Sequence record: SRR31156797_12445
Direction: 5' to 3' (one strand)
Length of the DNA stretch: 38,895 bases
Part shown: positions 1 to 9,437 of the stretch, one piece after another
Position numbering within the stretch: the first letter of the stretch is position 1
How the letters are laid out: every line of letters begins with the position of its first letter
Program-made: the position numbers and the translations under genes
The notes under the pieces: generated by a model
The model's input: only the letters and a program-made list of their open reading frames with translations
What the model was told of the DNA's origin: nothing
Databases searched by the model: none

Positions 1-36
1 ACGGTCGTGCGAGTTCGATTCTCGCCTTCGGCACCA
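1..36 (+). tRNA. 3' end of a tRNA, most likely tRNA-Leu (truncated by window edge); probable integration site
   Basis: T-arm GCGAG-TTCGATT-CTCGC, acceptor 3' strand CTTCGGC, discriminator A and encoded CCA; the implied 5' GCCGAAG is typical of tRNA-Leu. Anticodon is outside the window. Confidence 0.85.
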
Positions 37-45
37 TTTTTATAG

Positions 46-85
46 AGCCCTGAATCGCAGTAATACTGTGGTTCAGGGCTTTTTT
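46..85 (+). terminator. Intrinsic terminator downstream of the tRNA
   Basis: AGCCCTGAA...TTCAGGGCT inverted repeat followed by a T-run. Confidence 0.8.
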
Positions 86-147
86 GCGTTTAGAGCTAGA
101 ATGAGCTATAGTTATCACAAATGAGCACGAAATGACCTGATTTGCAA

Positions 148-171
148 AAAAGTGCGCCCAAAAGTGCGCTC
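148..171 (+). repeat. Tandem 12-bp direct repeat, candidate integrase arm-type binding site
   Basis: AAAAGTGCGCCC / AAAAGTGCGCTC between tRNA and integrase start. Confidence 0.55.
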
Positions 172-219
172 AGAAATGTTTTTCGACGCGCTATATTTTT
201 CAGAGTGTGAGGCTAAGAT

Positions 220-1269
220 ATGGCAACTGTAAGAACCGTTAAGCGGAAAAAAGGAACTGTTTACCGTGCAGAGGTCCGGATCAAAGGGCACCCCAGGCTA
301 TCCCAGACCTTTGATCGTAAATCTGAGGCGCAACGATGGGCTGAAGATACTGAAGCGGATCTACGCAATGGAGCATATGTTGGCAATGCACCGCCTGCCG
401 ATATGTTGTTTGATGATGCGCTGGAAAAATATTTGGATGATATATCCAGTAAAAAAGCCAAGTCGACCCATCGACGCGAAATATATCAGTCAAAATCGCT
501 TCATTATTTCTTTGGCCAAACCTTAAAAGAGATCACTCCAGCTGCTGCGGCACAATTTTGGGATCAACGTTCATCCCAGGTAAAGGCCGCAATAGTTATA
601 AAAGATCTCAATATGCTCTCACATATTTATACCACAGCAGTCCGTGAATGGGGTGTTGAGGCGTCAAACCCGGTGTCAATAATCCGTAAACCGAAGACTC
701 CTCCAGGGCGACTTCGTTTTTTGTCTGAAGCTGAGATCACTCGCTTGTTAAAAGAAAGCAAACAAGCAAATCGCAAAAACCTTTATCATTTCATCATGCT
801 GCAGCTTCATACCGGAATGCGGCCAAGCGAAGGCGCTGGGTTGACTTGGGCGCAGGTTGACCTCGATGGTAGGATTATTGATCTGCAACAAACCAAAACC
901 GATCCACGCCGGGTTCCCCTGACAGTTTTAGCAATAAATACCTTATCTATGCTCGTGCCTGATACTGGCTGCAAGTGTACAGATTATGTTTTTTTGCCCA
1001 AAGAACCCAAGATGACCCACCGGCTACGGCCAAATCAGTATTTCAGGGAAAGTTTTGAAGCGGCAGTAAAAAGAGGCAATATCGAGGATTTTCATATGCA
1101 TGATTTACGGCATACTGCTGCCAGCTATATGATCATGAATGGTGTAGACTTGCGAACAGTAGCAGACATCCTTGGCCACAAGACAATCTCTATGACGATG
1201 AGATACACACATTTATTGGATGACCACAAACTTAAAGCCGTGGATCGGATAGAAGGATTGGGAGCCTGA
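220..1269 (+). CDS. Tyrosine recombinase / phage-type integrase
   Basis: Catalytic motifs HTGMRPSE (R), HDLRH (HxxR), LGH and RYTH (Y) all intact; adjacent to tRNA. Confidence 0.95.
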   Translation: MATVRTVKRKKGTVYRAEVRIKGHPRLSQTFDRKSEAQRWAEDTEADLRNGAYVGNAPPADMLFDDALEKYLDDISSKKAKSTHRREIYQSKSLHYFFGQTLKEITPAAAAQFWDQRSSQVKAAIVIKDLNMLSHIYTTAVREWGVEASNPVSIIRKPKTPPGRLRFLSEAEITRLLKESKQANRKNLYHFIMLQLHTGMRPSEGAGLTWAQVDLDGRIIDLQQTKTDPRRVPLTVLAINTLSMLVPDTGCKCTDYVFLPKEPKMTHRLRPNQYFRESFEAAVKRGNIEDFHMHDLRHTAASYMIMNGVDLRTVADILGHKTISMTMRYTHLLDDHKLKAVDRIEGLGA

Positions 1270-1300
1270 GTTTAGTCGCCTAGCCTCGTCCTGCTAGAAA

Positions 1301-2419
1301 TCAAAGGCCTGGAAGACATATTTCGTAACTTGTACTTCTGCCGCCAGCAGCAGTTTTTTGTAAAATTTTCTTATCCAGAAGATCAGAAAGGTCGCGACTT
1401 GCAGTAACCTTGCTGCACTTGGTCATTCCGGCATATTTCCTGGTTGTCATGGCCCCTTCAAATGTATCTCCAGCATCGAGTAGCCGGTTAATAACCTTTG
1501 TCTGCCTCCTATTTAAAGGCGTGTCTTGATGCAACTGCCAAAATTTTGTTTTTGTAATAACCCCATCAACTATCCATTGAGCTTCTCGCAAGGCCGCAAT
1601 TGTGGTTTGTAAAAACCACTTGAGCCAGGCCGTAATATTGCAATCTTGTTTGCCAGCTTTTTCCAAGACCGCGTAATATCCTTTTCTGTCCAAGCTGAAG
1701 TGTTTTGAAAATGAGATAACTTGCATAAGTGTTGGATAGTTCATAGACATTATGTAGTCTGTAATGGCTCTTCCCACTCGACCGTTCCCGTCATCAAAGG
1801 GATGGATCATGATGAACCATAAGTGAGCAATTCCTGCTTTGAGTAACGGATTGTGATCATCGTTGGTATTTACCCAGTTGAGGAACACATCCATTTCAGC
1901 TTTAATTTGACTTTGCGGTGGGGCGATGTAATGAATAGTTTCTCTTCCAATTGGTCCAGAAACGATTTGCATTTCTTCAGCGCCTCTGTATTTGGCTACA
2001 CGGATTTTTTTAAGGCCTGAATAGCCTGTGGGAAAAAGCGCTGCATGCCAACCAAACAATCTCTCGGTTGTAAGTGGTTTAGAATCTTGATTCCTTGCAT
2101 CAAACAACATGGCAACCAGCCCATCTGCAAGTTCATCCCAGTCTTCCTGTTCAACGGGTAACCCTATTCGTTTGCGAATTGAACTTCGCACAGAGCTTCG
2201 ACGCAGGATTTCCCCTTCTATGGCTGCTGTTTCAATGGCATCATCAGACAAAACTCGCTCCAGAGCACCCATCCTCTCTTGATCACTTATTGATCGACTG
2301 ATAGCTTCAAGTTCACCAATCAGTTGGGAAGCTGTTGCAATATATGTAAGGAGCGGGTCTGCATTGAACGAAAAGTCGGGCCAGTCCAGATGTTGCCATA
2401 TCCATTGATGTATTTTCAT
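1301..2419 (-). CDS. Fic family protein with N-terminal DUF4172 and C-terminal wHTH
   Basis: Fic motif HPFDDGNGRVGR; N-terminal WIWQHLDWPDF; C-terminal TASRDLSDLL...GGRSTSY. Confidence 0.92.
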   Translation of the reverse strand: MKIHQWIWQHLDWPDFSFNADPLLTYIATASQLIGELEAISRSISDQERMGALERVLSDDAIETAAIEGEILRRSSVRSSIRKRIGLPVEQEDWDELADGLVAMLFDARNQDSKPLTTERLFGWHAALFPTGYSGLKKIRVAKYRGAEEMQIVSGPIGRETIHYIAPPQSQIKAEMDVFLNWVNTNDDHNPLLKAGIAHLWFIMIHPFDDGNGRVGRAITDYIMSMNYPTLMQVISFSKHFSLDRKGYYAVLEKAGKQDCNITAWLKWFLQTTIAALREAQWIVDGVITKTKFWQLHQDTPLNRRQTKVINRLLDAGDTFEGAMTTRKYAGMTKCSKVTASRDLSDLLDKKILQKTAAGGRSTSYEICLPGL

Positions 2420-2645
2420 AAGCTAATCGTATCATAAATGACGCGATTATCAAAGGTAATCATTTCTTTCAACCAATGCGGCATGCAACTCGATGCCTTA
2501 ATATATTTTGAAGCGGAAATGAGGCCAATTCCACACCACACAAAGAGAGTAATTTACGTAATATATCCCGTTTTTTCAAAGGATGTCGATAAGCCTCTAG
2601 AAAAGCAGCACACAAGCTCCTGCTGTACCTCTTAGAGTGTAGTGG

Positions 2646-2918
2646 CTATTTCACTGCATCCGTAAATTTTTTCCCAGCCTTGAATTTGACAACCTTTTTA
2701 GCAGCAATCTGCATTGTTTCGCCTGTTCTGGGGTTTCGGCCTTCGCGAGCGGGTCGTTCATTTGAGGAAAAGGTGCCAAAGCCTATCAGCGTTACTTTAT
2801 CGCCGGCTGCAACAGCGTCGGTAATTGTCGTCAATATGCTGCCTAATACCTGTTCGGCAGCTGCTTTACTCATATCACAGTCTTTTGCTACTTTTTCTAT
2901 CAGTTCGCCTTTGTTCAT
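2646..2918 (-). CDS. hup: HU family DNA-binding protein
   Basis: MNKGELI...GFGTF...REGRNPRTGETMQIAAKKVVKFKAGK, classic HU signature. Confidence 0.95.
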   Translation of the reverse strand: MNKGELIEKVAKDCDMSKAAAEQVLGSILTTITDAVAAGDKVTLIGFGTFSSNERPAREGRNPRTGETMQIAAKKVVKFKAGKKFTDAVK

Positions 2919-3003
2919 AATTTTTCCTGTTGTTTTGATATATTATATGGGAATGGCAGGGGTACCCTGTTTGAGATAACAAAGCTTTTTATGCCTGGCA
3001 AGG

Positions 3004-3357
3004 TTATTTCGATTCTTCTTTCTGGTCGGTTTTCATAAATGCATCGATCTCCCGGGGTGTGTAATAGCGAAAGCGTCTTCTTTTACTCAACCTCGCTGTA
3101 TAGTCGGAAAAAGCCATAACTATCTCTCGCCCCTCGGCCATGAGTTCCTCTCCTTCTTCATGAGAAATACCATCCATTTCACCAAGCCTTGCCTTAAAGT
3201 GAGTATAGGCCATGTCAAATTGGCGTAGAATATCAAACATGGTGGATCCAAGTGGTGAGTTGACCTTTAGCACACGGGCGCCCCGCTCTTTGGCCATGTT
3301 AATTTTCTTTTCCTGAATCTCTTGCCAGGATGGTTTTGAGGGTTGTTTTTCTGTCAT
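3004..3357 (-). CDS. Hypothetical protein, resembles the C-terminal half of DUF1845/AcaB-like ICE regulators
   Basis: Pattern VNSPLG..FDILRQFD......L....GIS.EE.E.L..GR..V..F recalled from DUF1845/TIGR03761 proteins; last gene of the conjugation-type operon. Confidence 0.45.
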   Translation of the reverse strand: MTEKQPSKPSWQEIQEKKINMAKERGARVLKVNSPLGSTMFDILRQFDMAYTHFKARLGEMDGISHEEGEELMAEGREIVMAFSDYTARLSKRRRFRYYTPREIDAFMKTDQKEESK

Positions 3358-4082
3358 AGTTGCCTCTTTTGGTTATGCGGAAATGATTTTTTTGTTCTTT
3401 TTGATTCGGTAACGATGCAAAAGATCCAGGAAATACACCGAGCCGTAGGGGAAAATTGCCGCAATGACCATAAGTATGGCGCCACCGGCAACAAGTGGGG
3501 CTTAATCTCAAAAAAACCATCATATATTCGTTCTGCCTTGGGCTCGAATTGCATGGCTACTTCCCAGATATTTTCCGGTGTGCTGAGTCGATACAGTACC
3601 AAGTAGACAACGTAGAGAATAAAGGCTTTAAGCAATAGAGACATGGCCCGACCCACCAATAGGGAGTTGATCGCTTTTCTGGTGATATTGCCGACGTAAT
3701 AGCGGCTGATGTAGCAACACATGGCTGTATTAATGAGCAATACAATGTAAGGGATACCGCCGAAGGCAATGCGGCTGAAAAGGTCGAGTTGTCTGAAGAC
3801 AAAAGGAAAAAGGTAGAAATGAAACACCGGAAAAAGCAAAACCAGGGTAAATCCTTCGTGAAACCCGCTTTTCAGTCCAATCTTGAAAAAATCGATAGAT
3901 CGCTCCAAGGTAAGAAATTCAGCAGGAATGTTTTGGCCTTTGCTTTCGATGACGTAAAACTGTTGAACCTCTGAAATAGCGTTCAGTAGATTCTTAGGTT
4001 TATAAATACGTCCACTATCGGTGGTGATGATTTGGGCATTGGTATCATTTGGCCCTTTATTTTCCCATTCTCTGCCCTTCAC
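3354..4082 (-). pseudogene. Element-associated multi-pass membrane protein, C-terminus shifted out of frame
   Basis: Several hydrophobic helices; near 3480 another frame gives AILMVIAAIFPYGSVYFLDLLHRYRIKKNKKIISA*, a more plausible final TM helix than the ORF-track tail. Confidence 0.6.
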
Positions 4083-5400
4083 TTGCTTTGCTCCTGGGAG
4101 GTGTTTTCAAGATAGGGGCTGACTTTGACTATATCACGCAACATCTGCGGTTTGGCTTGTTCCATCTCTGCAATAGAGCCAAAAGCCTCAGCATGAAAGG
4201 GGGTATAATAGCCTTTTATGTCTTTGCCTATTTTTCGCGTTACTGTGAAATAGCCACAAAAATAGTTGTCCTTGATAAGCCCTCTGGCAATGACGTCATG
4301 CTCTGCACGGAAATGGGAGACAATGGTAAGCAGTACCCTGCGCATGGATTCATCCCGCTGTGCCATGGTGGTGATTTCCATGCACCCGGCCTTTTCAGCC
4401 ATTTTGCGTGTGACCTCTTCGAGCACCTTGGTTTGAAAATAGACGTGACCATCGGACATGGAAAAGGCCAGAAATCTACGGCCAAACATCTTGTTGATAT
4501 ACGGCTTTAATGCATCCAGGAAGCCTGCAGGATCGAACCAGCTTGAAATGTCCATCTGTTGAAGCGATTCAGGACGTATTTTATTTTTCTCAGGAGGATC
4601 TTGATCGTTATAGATGTCTATCTGGGCCAGCTGATCTGCCTTTTTTAAGGTTTTGGCAAGCAATCCCTGGGGAAGTTTATGATGGAGTTTGATTGCCTGA
4701 AGAATCTCCTTTTTTTCGGTAGTTCCTTAAAACCAGTAATAGAGGCAAGGGGACGACCGGCAGCAAGTGGATGTTCTCCGAGGCTATAGAGGTATCCGCG
4801 TACGGATTCCAGTTTTCCAAGATCGTGGGCCAAAGCGGCGACCATGGTATCTGGAATTACATGCCAGGCCTTACTTTCTGAGAGGAGATGTACCACCATT
4901 TCTGCCACGTTGAGGGAGTGATCAAGCAAGGTTGTTTTCGCTAAAATTTGGTAGGTGTTCTCATCCCAGCCACCCTCCACATCACCATGAATATCAACTA
5001 CTGAAGGACAGTGTCCTTCTTTGTCCACCAATGTCAGAATCTGTCCACAAACTTTTTGCTGCTGTGGGAATTTTTTAAACCAGGCCCATGTGCGAATTTT
5101 CTCCATAAAAGCTGCTGCCCTTGGATCATACAGCTGTAACTCCTCATCGTTCTGAACACTAGGCTCCTCCGCACGCCATAAGGGAGAGAGTTCTGATATA
5201 TGTATTGATCGTCCCCCTTCCTTTGTCCATAGATTGGACAAATCACGCAAATGCACCTGCTGGACAGCCTGTTCTTTTTTTTTACCAAAAACTAGAAGAA
5301 CGATGATGATCATTATCAGCACAAATGCCAAGCAGATGACACCATCGTTCCAACCGATGTCAGCAAACCATATACTGAGACTCTTCATCAGCTCCAGCAT
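4079..5400 (-). pseudogene. HD-domain protein, MobH/TraI_2-type relaxase-like, split by a frameshift
   Basis: TLLDHSLNV and ALAHDLGK motifs in 4645-5400; the frame change at the T7 run 4710-4716 restores EEILQAIKLHH...LLAKTLKKADQLA into ORF 4079-4663; N-terminal TM segment; next to coupling protein. Confidence 0.7.
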
Positions 5401-6759
5401 TACTGTTTGGTGGAGGTGGCTGCCATTGTTGTCCCCGCCAGTTCAGGGAATATGACGTTTAGTTCGCTGTCAAGCACTGTGGCTGTCTTGCCTTTGTAGG
5501 TACCGGTATAGGTGTTCAGGAATATTTCACGGGGAGCCTCAGGATTTCTGTATGCTTGATGCGAACTTCTTCTGTCTCGCGGATCGACAGGCCACCACCG
5601 ACAGAGATAATTGGTGAAAACCGTCGTTCTTCTCCAAGATGTCTTGATACATAGCTTGCGGTGCTTGCATCCGGTACCCGCTTAAAGAGCTTGGTGTTAC
5701 AGTTGTCGAGGATGGTATCGGCGCGATCCTCTCCCACCTCGGAGTAAAGCTGGCTGATTGACTGGCAATATCCATGAATATAAACGCCAGCACCACCAGC
5801 TTTGGCAAAAAGGTCCTCGGTGTCGTTGTAGAGTACCGACTGGGCATCATCTATATGGAGCACGAGGGGAGGGGTGACGCTTTTTCCGCTGGAGTAGACT
5901 CTACCGACAAAGGCTTGGATCATGGAAATGATAACCTTGCCGGCAGTGTAGGCCGTTCTTTTGGTAAGCAGTGAACCTAGCTGCACCACCAGGATGATTC
6001 CTTTTCCCTGTTCAAGTCGCTTGATGAAACGGTTTTCATCAGCCTTGCCGATTACCTGGCCAACGTTGCAGGAGGTTAACTCTGTCAAGCCAACACGGAG
6101 CGAACTGGCCACTTTGGAATAATAATCCGCCGGAGTGGAGAGAATCTTCTGCATATCCATGAAAAGTTGTTCTGCTTCAGGGGTGCTGATGTAATCAAGT
6201 TGTTCCTTTAGTCGTTCCAGGTCCTGGTGGCTGATATGGTTTTTAATATCGTTAAGATTAAACGAGGGGGCTGCACCATTCACCTCGGCGAGCATGATCA
6301 GTGCCTGGACCACCGCTAAACTCACCTCATAGGCCACGCCGAAAAAATATGGTTCCCGGCCTACTGCCACACCAGCAGTGGTATGGGCAACAAGTTCTTC
6401 CGGCATGTAATAGGACGCAAGGGGATCGAGGATGGCACTGTATTGCGGAAAGATGGGGGTGATGAGCATCAGGTCGTGGTGACGGCCGGTAGCAATAGCC
6501 AATTGGGTAATTTTTGAAAACAGATCGATATCCCCTTTGGGATCAATAGCCACCACGGAATAGCCCTTGCTGATATCCTGTTCGATAATGTATTCCATGA
6601 TCCTGGTCTTGCCGACTCTTGTGGTACCAAAACACCAAAAATGGCCTTTACGGAAAGTACCCGGAAACCCCAACTCTCTGATTTTTCGGGCCGATCAAGA
6701 TGGACGCCGGTTCCTATATGTGTCCATAGGGGATCTTGCTTATTGTTTTTACCTATCAT
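5401..6759 (-). pseudogene. Type IV coupling protein-like ATPase (TraD/VirD4 family), two frameshifts
   Basis: Walker A GTTRVGKT, IDPKGD, Walker B LHIDDAQ, QSISQL, ILDNCNTK; N-terminus MIGKNN...PEK joins via a shift at ~6682-6686; C-terminus continues in another frame (REIFLNTYTGTYKGKT...KQ*) to TAA 5401-5403, abutting the next ATG. Confidence 0.85.
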
Positions 6760-7388
6760 TTTGATCCGTTGCCAAACCTGACCTCCAGCTTTTCCTCCAG
6801 CTCACCTGTTACCGCCAGGATGGCGGCTTTAGGTATTCTTTTGGAAGCGAGAACAAAACTTTTCCGGCCAACGTATCGCTTGATGCAGCGTATGGAGATT
6901 GTATCAGCAGGATGGCCAAGCTGCTCTTTAAGCAAGGCCTCAACCAATGTTTTGGAGACTCGGTCAACCACAACGTTTAGTCTGGGGGTGCCTTTAAGCA
7001 GCATTGGCTCGACTCGCCGGAGGTGAAAGGCCCGCTTCGCGCCAACAGAGAAACACGGAGAAGTCCTTTCGAGCACACCAATACGGTTCAGTGGGCATGT
7101 CGCAAGGGTCGTCTCACCGGGGATGACTTGTGTTTGAACGTATAGATTGTGCTCCGCATCGCGGCCTGTGACCTCACCCCAACGCAGTTCTTTTTCGTAA
7201 TACTTATAACGCGTGGTTTGTTTGAGTAGAGCGACTTTGGATATACTTTTTTCAAGCTGTCTTTTCAGGGTGTTGAGGCCTCTCATTCTCGTGAAATCAA
7301 TCTCGCCCTGCATAACCACGGCCCTGGTTTTATGGTAAGCCACGGCTTCAAGTTGTAGGTCATCATTGAAAAACACCATCACCGGCAT
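6756..7388 (-). pseudogene. NusA-like protein (partial NTD, S1, degenerate KH1), 5'-truncated
   Basis: Colinear similarity to NusA: EIDFTRMRGLNTLKRQLEKSI (linker helix), YEKELRWGEV (S1 start), VVVDRVSKTLVEALLKEQL, ISIRCIKRYVGRKSFVLAS, AILAVTGELEEKLEV. Confidence 0.6.
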
Positions 7389-8383
7389 ACTGTCGGCAAG
7401 TTCATTCGTAATAAGGTGCAAAGTCCCAAGCTGGAGGTGTTGGAAAAGCTATGCGAATGGTTGATTGAAAAAGGCGTGCCGGCAGAAACCTTGCCGGTGC
7501 GCTTTTTGGTGTCAGGCCCTCCGCTTTGTGGCGGGCAATAGGTGAGTCTGGCAAAGTCCATATCTATCTTGGTGAATACCATATTAAAGGGGAAACGATA
7601 ACGACACCGCAGCCTTCTCCGCCGGTATCGATTTCCAGGCATGATTCGGTTGTATCTTCTAAGATCATTCATTTTCTTTTTTCAGAGGCAGAGCTCAGCG
7701 ATCTCAGGCCATCTGTGAAGACGCTGTATGTTCCTTTCTATTTTACCCCGGGAGTGTTTGACACCGACGATGTGGTTTTTAAGGAAGATGCATCGCGTGC
7801 AAAGCAGATTTTTGAAACCATGAGGAAAGATCGGCAGCGTGATTGCTCGTCCATAATTGTCGGCAGTCAAAGGGTAAATTACCTGGTCGAGTATATAGTC
7901 GCTGATCTTTTTTGTTGTGACCCTTTTGTCCAGAATAGCAAAATGATTCATGTGCCATTTTATCTTTGCTACAGAAAGTTTGACCGTCTTATGCCGAGCT
8001 GTTTTGGTGGCGTGGAAAATCCACCAGGAAAAGATGATGAGGTTCTGCCTGGGACCTATTATTTGGATGAAAATTTTACCTGGCAATTTCTTGAGTGGAA
8101 GAGAAAGGAAACTGACGCAGGAATAGTGGTGATAACCAGAGAAGCAGATAATGTTGAGATGGCGGCGTTTGGTTTCTCAGGCCGGTCAACAAATGCAATA
8201 GGTAATGCTTTGCTCAAACAATCTCAAAACTTCTGGCCAGAGAGCAAAGGCGACGGCAGCAATACTGTCGTTATCGGTGATAAGGAAATTGGTGTCTCCA
8301 TCTGCAGCGTCACATTCAGCGAAGAAAAGAAAAAGGCAACTGCAGAGCCTTTGAAGATTATGAACAAGATAAGGTGGAAGTAA
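7380..8383 (+). pseudogene. XRE-type HTH protein with large C-terminal domain, 5'-truncated and frameshifted
   Basis: From 7380 reads HRHTVGKFIRNKVQSPKLEVLEKLCEWLIEKGVPAETLP; a one-base shift at ~7495 gives GALFGVRPSALWRAIG into ORF 7526-8383; no start codon for the HTH part. Confidence 0.6.
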
Positions 8384-8649
8384 TCCCTCTGTCTCGTCAA
8401 GTTCTTGAAAAATTCCTCGCCAGAAAAAATACCAGAACAGTTAAAAGCAGGCCGAAGGGGTAAACGTCAAAGCTTCCATTTCAGTGAGGGTGGGGAGGAG
8501 GCGTTGCTCTCTGCTTTTTGTTCGCCTCTCCATGTGTCAGGAAAACGTTTGTTTTTCTAATATACCAAAAACAGAGTATTATTTTGCTTATACATGTAAG
8601 TAAACCCGTCAGAAAAACAAAGTAAGTTTCACCCCTGTAAAGTTAAGGC

Positions 8650-8690
8650 CACCCTGAACAATTGCTTTTTTTTGAATTGTTCAAGGTGCC
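8650..8690. terminator. Stem-loop between convergent genes
   Basis: CACCCTGAACAATT...AATTGTTCAAGGTG inverted repeat. Confidence 0.5.
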
Positions 8691-8710
8691 CTTAAACTAT
8701 TGTGAATCTT

Positions 8711-9127
8711 TCATGAATATCTTTTCCATATGAGCGTTGTTTCGTAAACGTTGCCTGAACTTGTGGTTTCAGGAGCGGTCGTAAGTTCAATTACGTCTTC
8801 ATTGATAAAATGAAGGTTTCGAACAAGGGTAGCGCCAATCCTTCTTGGCGAAGAGCAAAATTCAACGAAATGATGTATCTCGTTTTTTATTATTTCCCAG
8901 CGGCCTGCATAAGATAAAAAAAGATCAGTTTGTTTCGTTGCATTTTCGCCTTTTTCTTTCCAGCAGGGATTCATTAAAAAAGCTGATACGCGACCATCAT
9001 GAGTATACTGGATTTGTCCTGATGGTGGATCTCCATATGTCTTTGAAGCAACTCCGTTTCGTAATTGAATTGAAGAAACCAGTGTCCATGCCCCCTGTAG
9101 CTTATCTGCAGTCATGCCTTGCCTCAT
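8711..9127 (-). CDS. Lipocalin-like domain protein (Lipocalin_5 type)
   Basis: LQGAWTLVS, YGDPPSGQIQYTHDGRVSA, SYAGRW, LIWKR motifs. Confidence 0.85.
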   Translation of the reverse strand: MRQGMTADKLQGAWTLVSSIQLRNGVASKTYGDPPSGQIQYTHDGRVSAFLMNPCWKEKGENATKQTDLFLSYAGRWEIIKNEIHHFVEFCSSPRRIGATLVRNLHFINEDVIELTTAPETTSSGNVYETTLIWKRYS

Positions 9128-9396
9128 ATGATTTAGAACGTTAATTGATTATGTTAGCTCCTGAAAAAATATTTAAAATAACAGATAAGTAAAATGAATA
9201 ACAGAAAAGAGACGCGGGATTGTGAGGGTGTTAAACTTATAATTATCTCTTTTGATAAATTATGACAGGGTAGCAATTCTAAAATAATGGAATTGTGCGT
9301 GCTTTTTAAGGTCTGGGGGCTATTCTTTGTCCAGCCATCTCGTCTTGTAGGGGGAGTGGTTTGCGCCTATCAGTACAATCTAGTTCACTTAACTGT

Positions 9397-9430
9397 AGGG
9401 GCGGCTTCTCGCTTGAGTAACCGCCCCTTT
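9397..9430 (-). terminator. Stem-loop just after the aldehyde dehydrogenase stop
   Basis: AGGGGCGG...CCGCCCCT inverted repeat. Confidence 0.6.
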
Positions 9431-9437
9431 GATATGG

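Larger units (their letters stand above)
37..7388. mobile_element. Degenerate tRNA-targeted integrative conjugative/mobilisable element (left part)
   Basis: tRNA 3' end + tyrosine integrase + Fic + HU + HD-domain relaxase-like gene + coupling protein; several frameshifts; no second copy of the tRNA 3' end seen, so the right boundary is uncertain. Confidence 0.75.
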
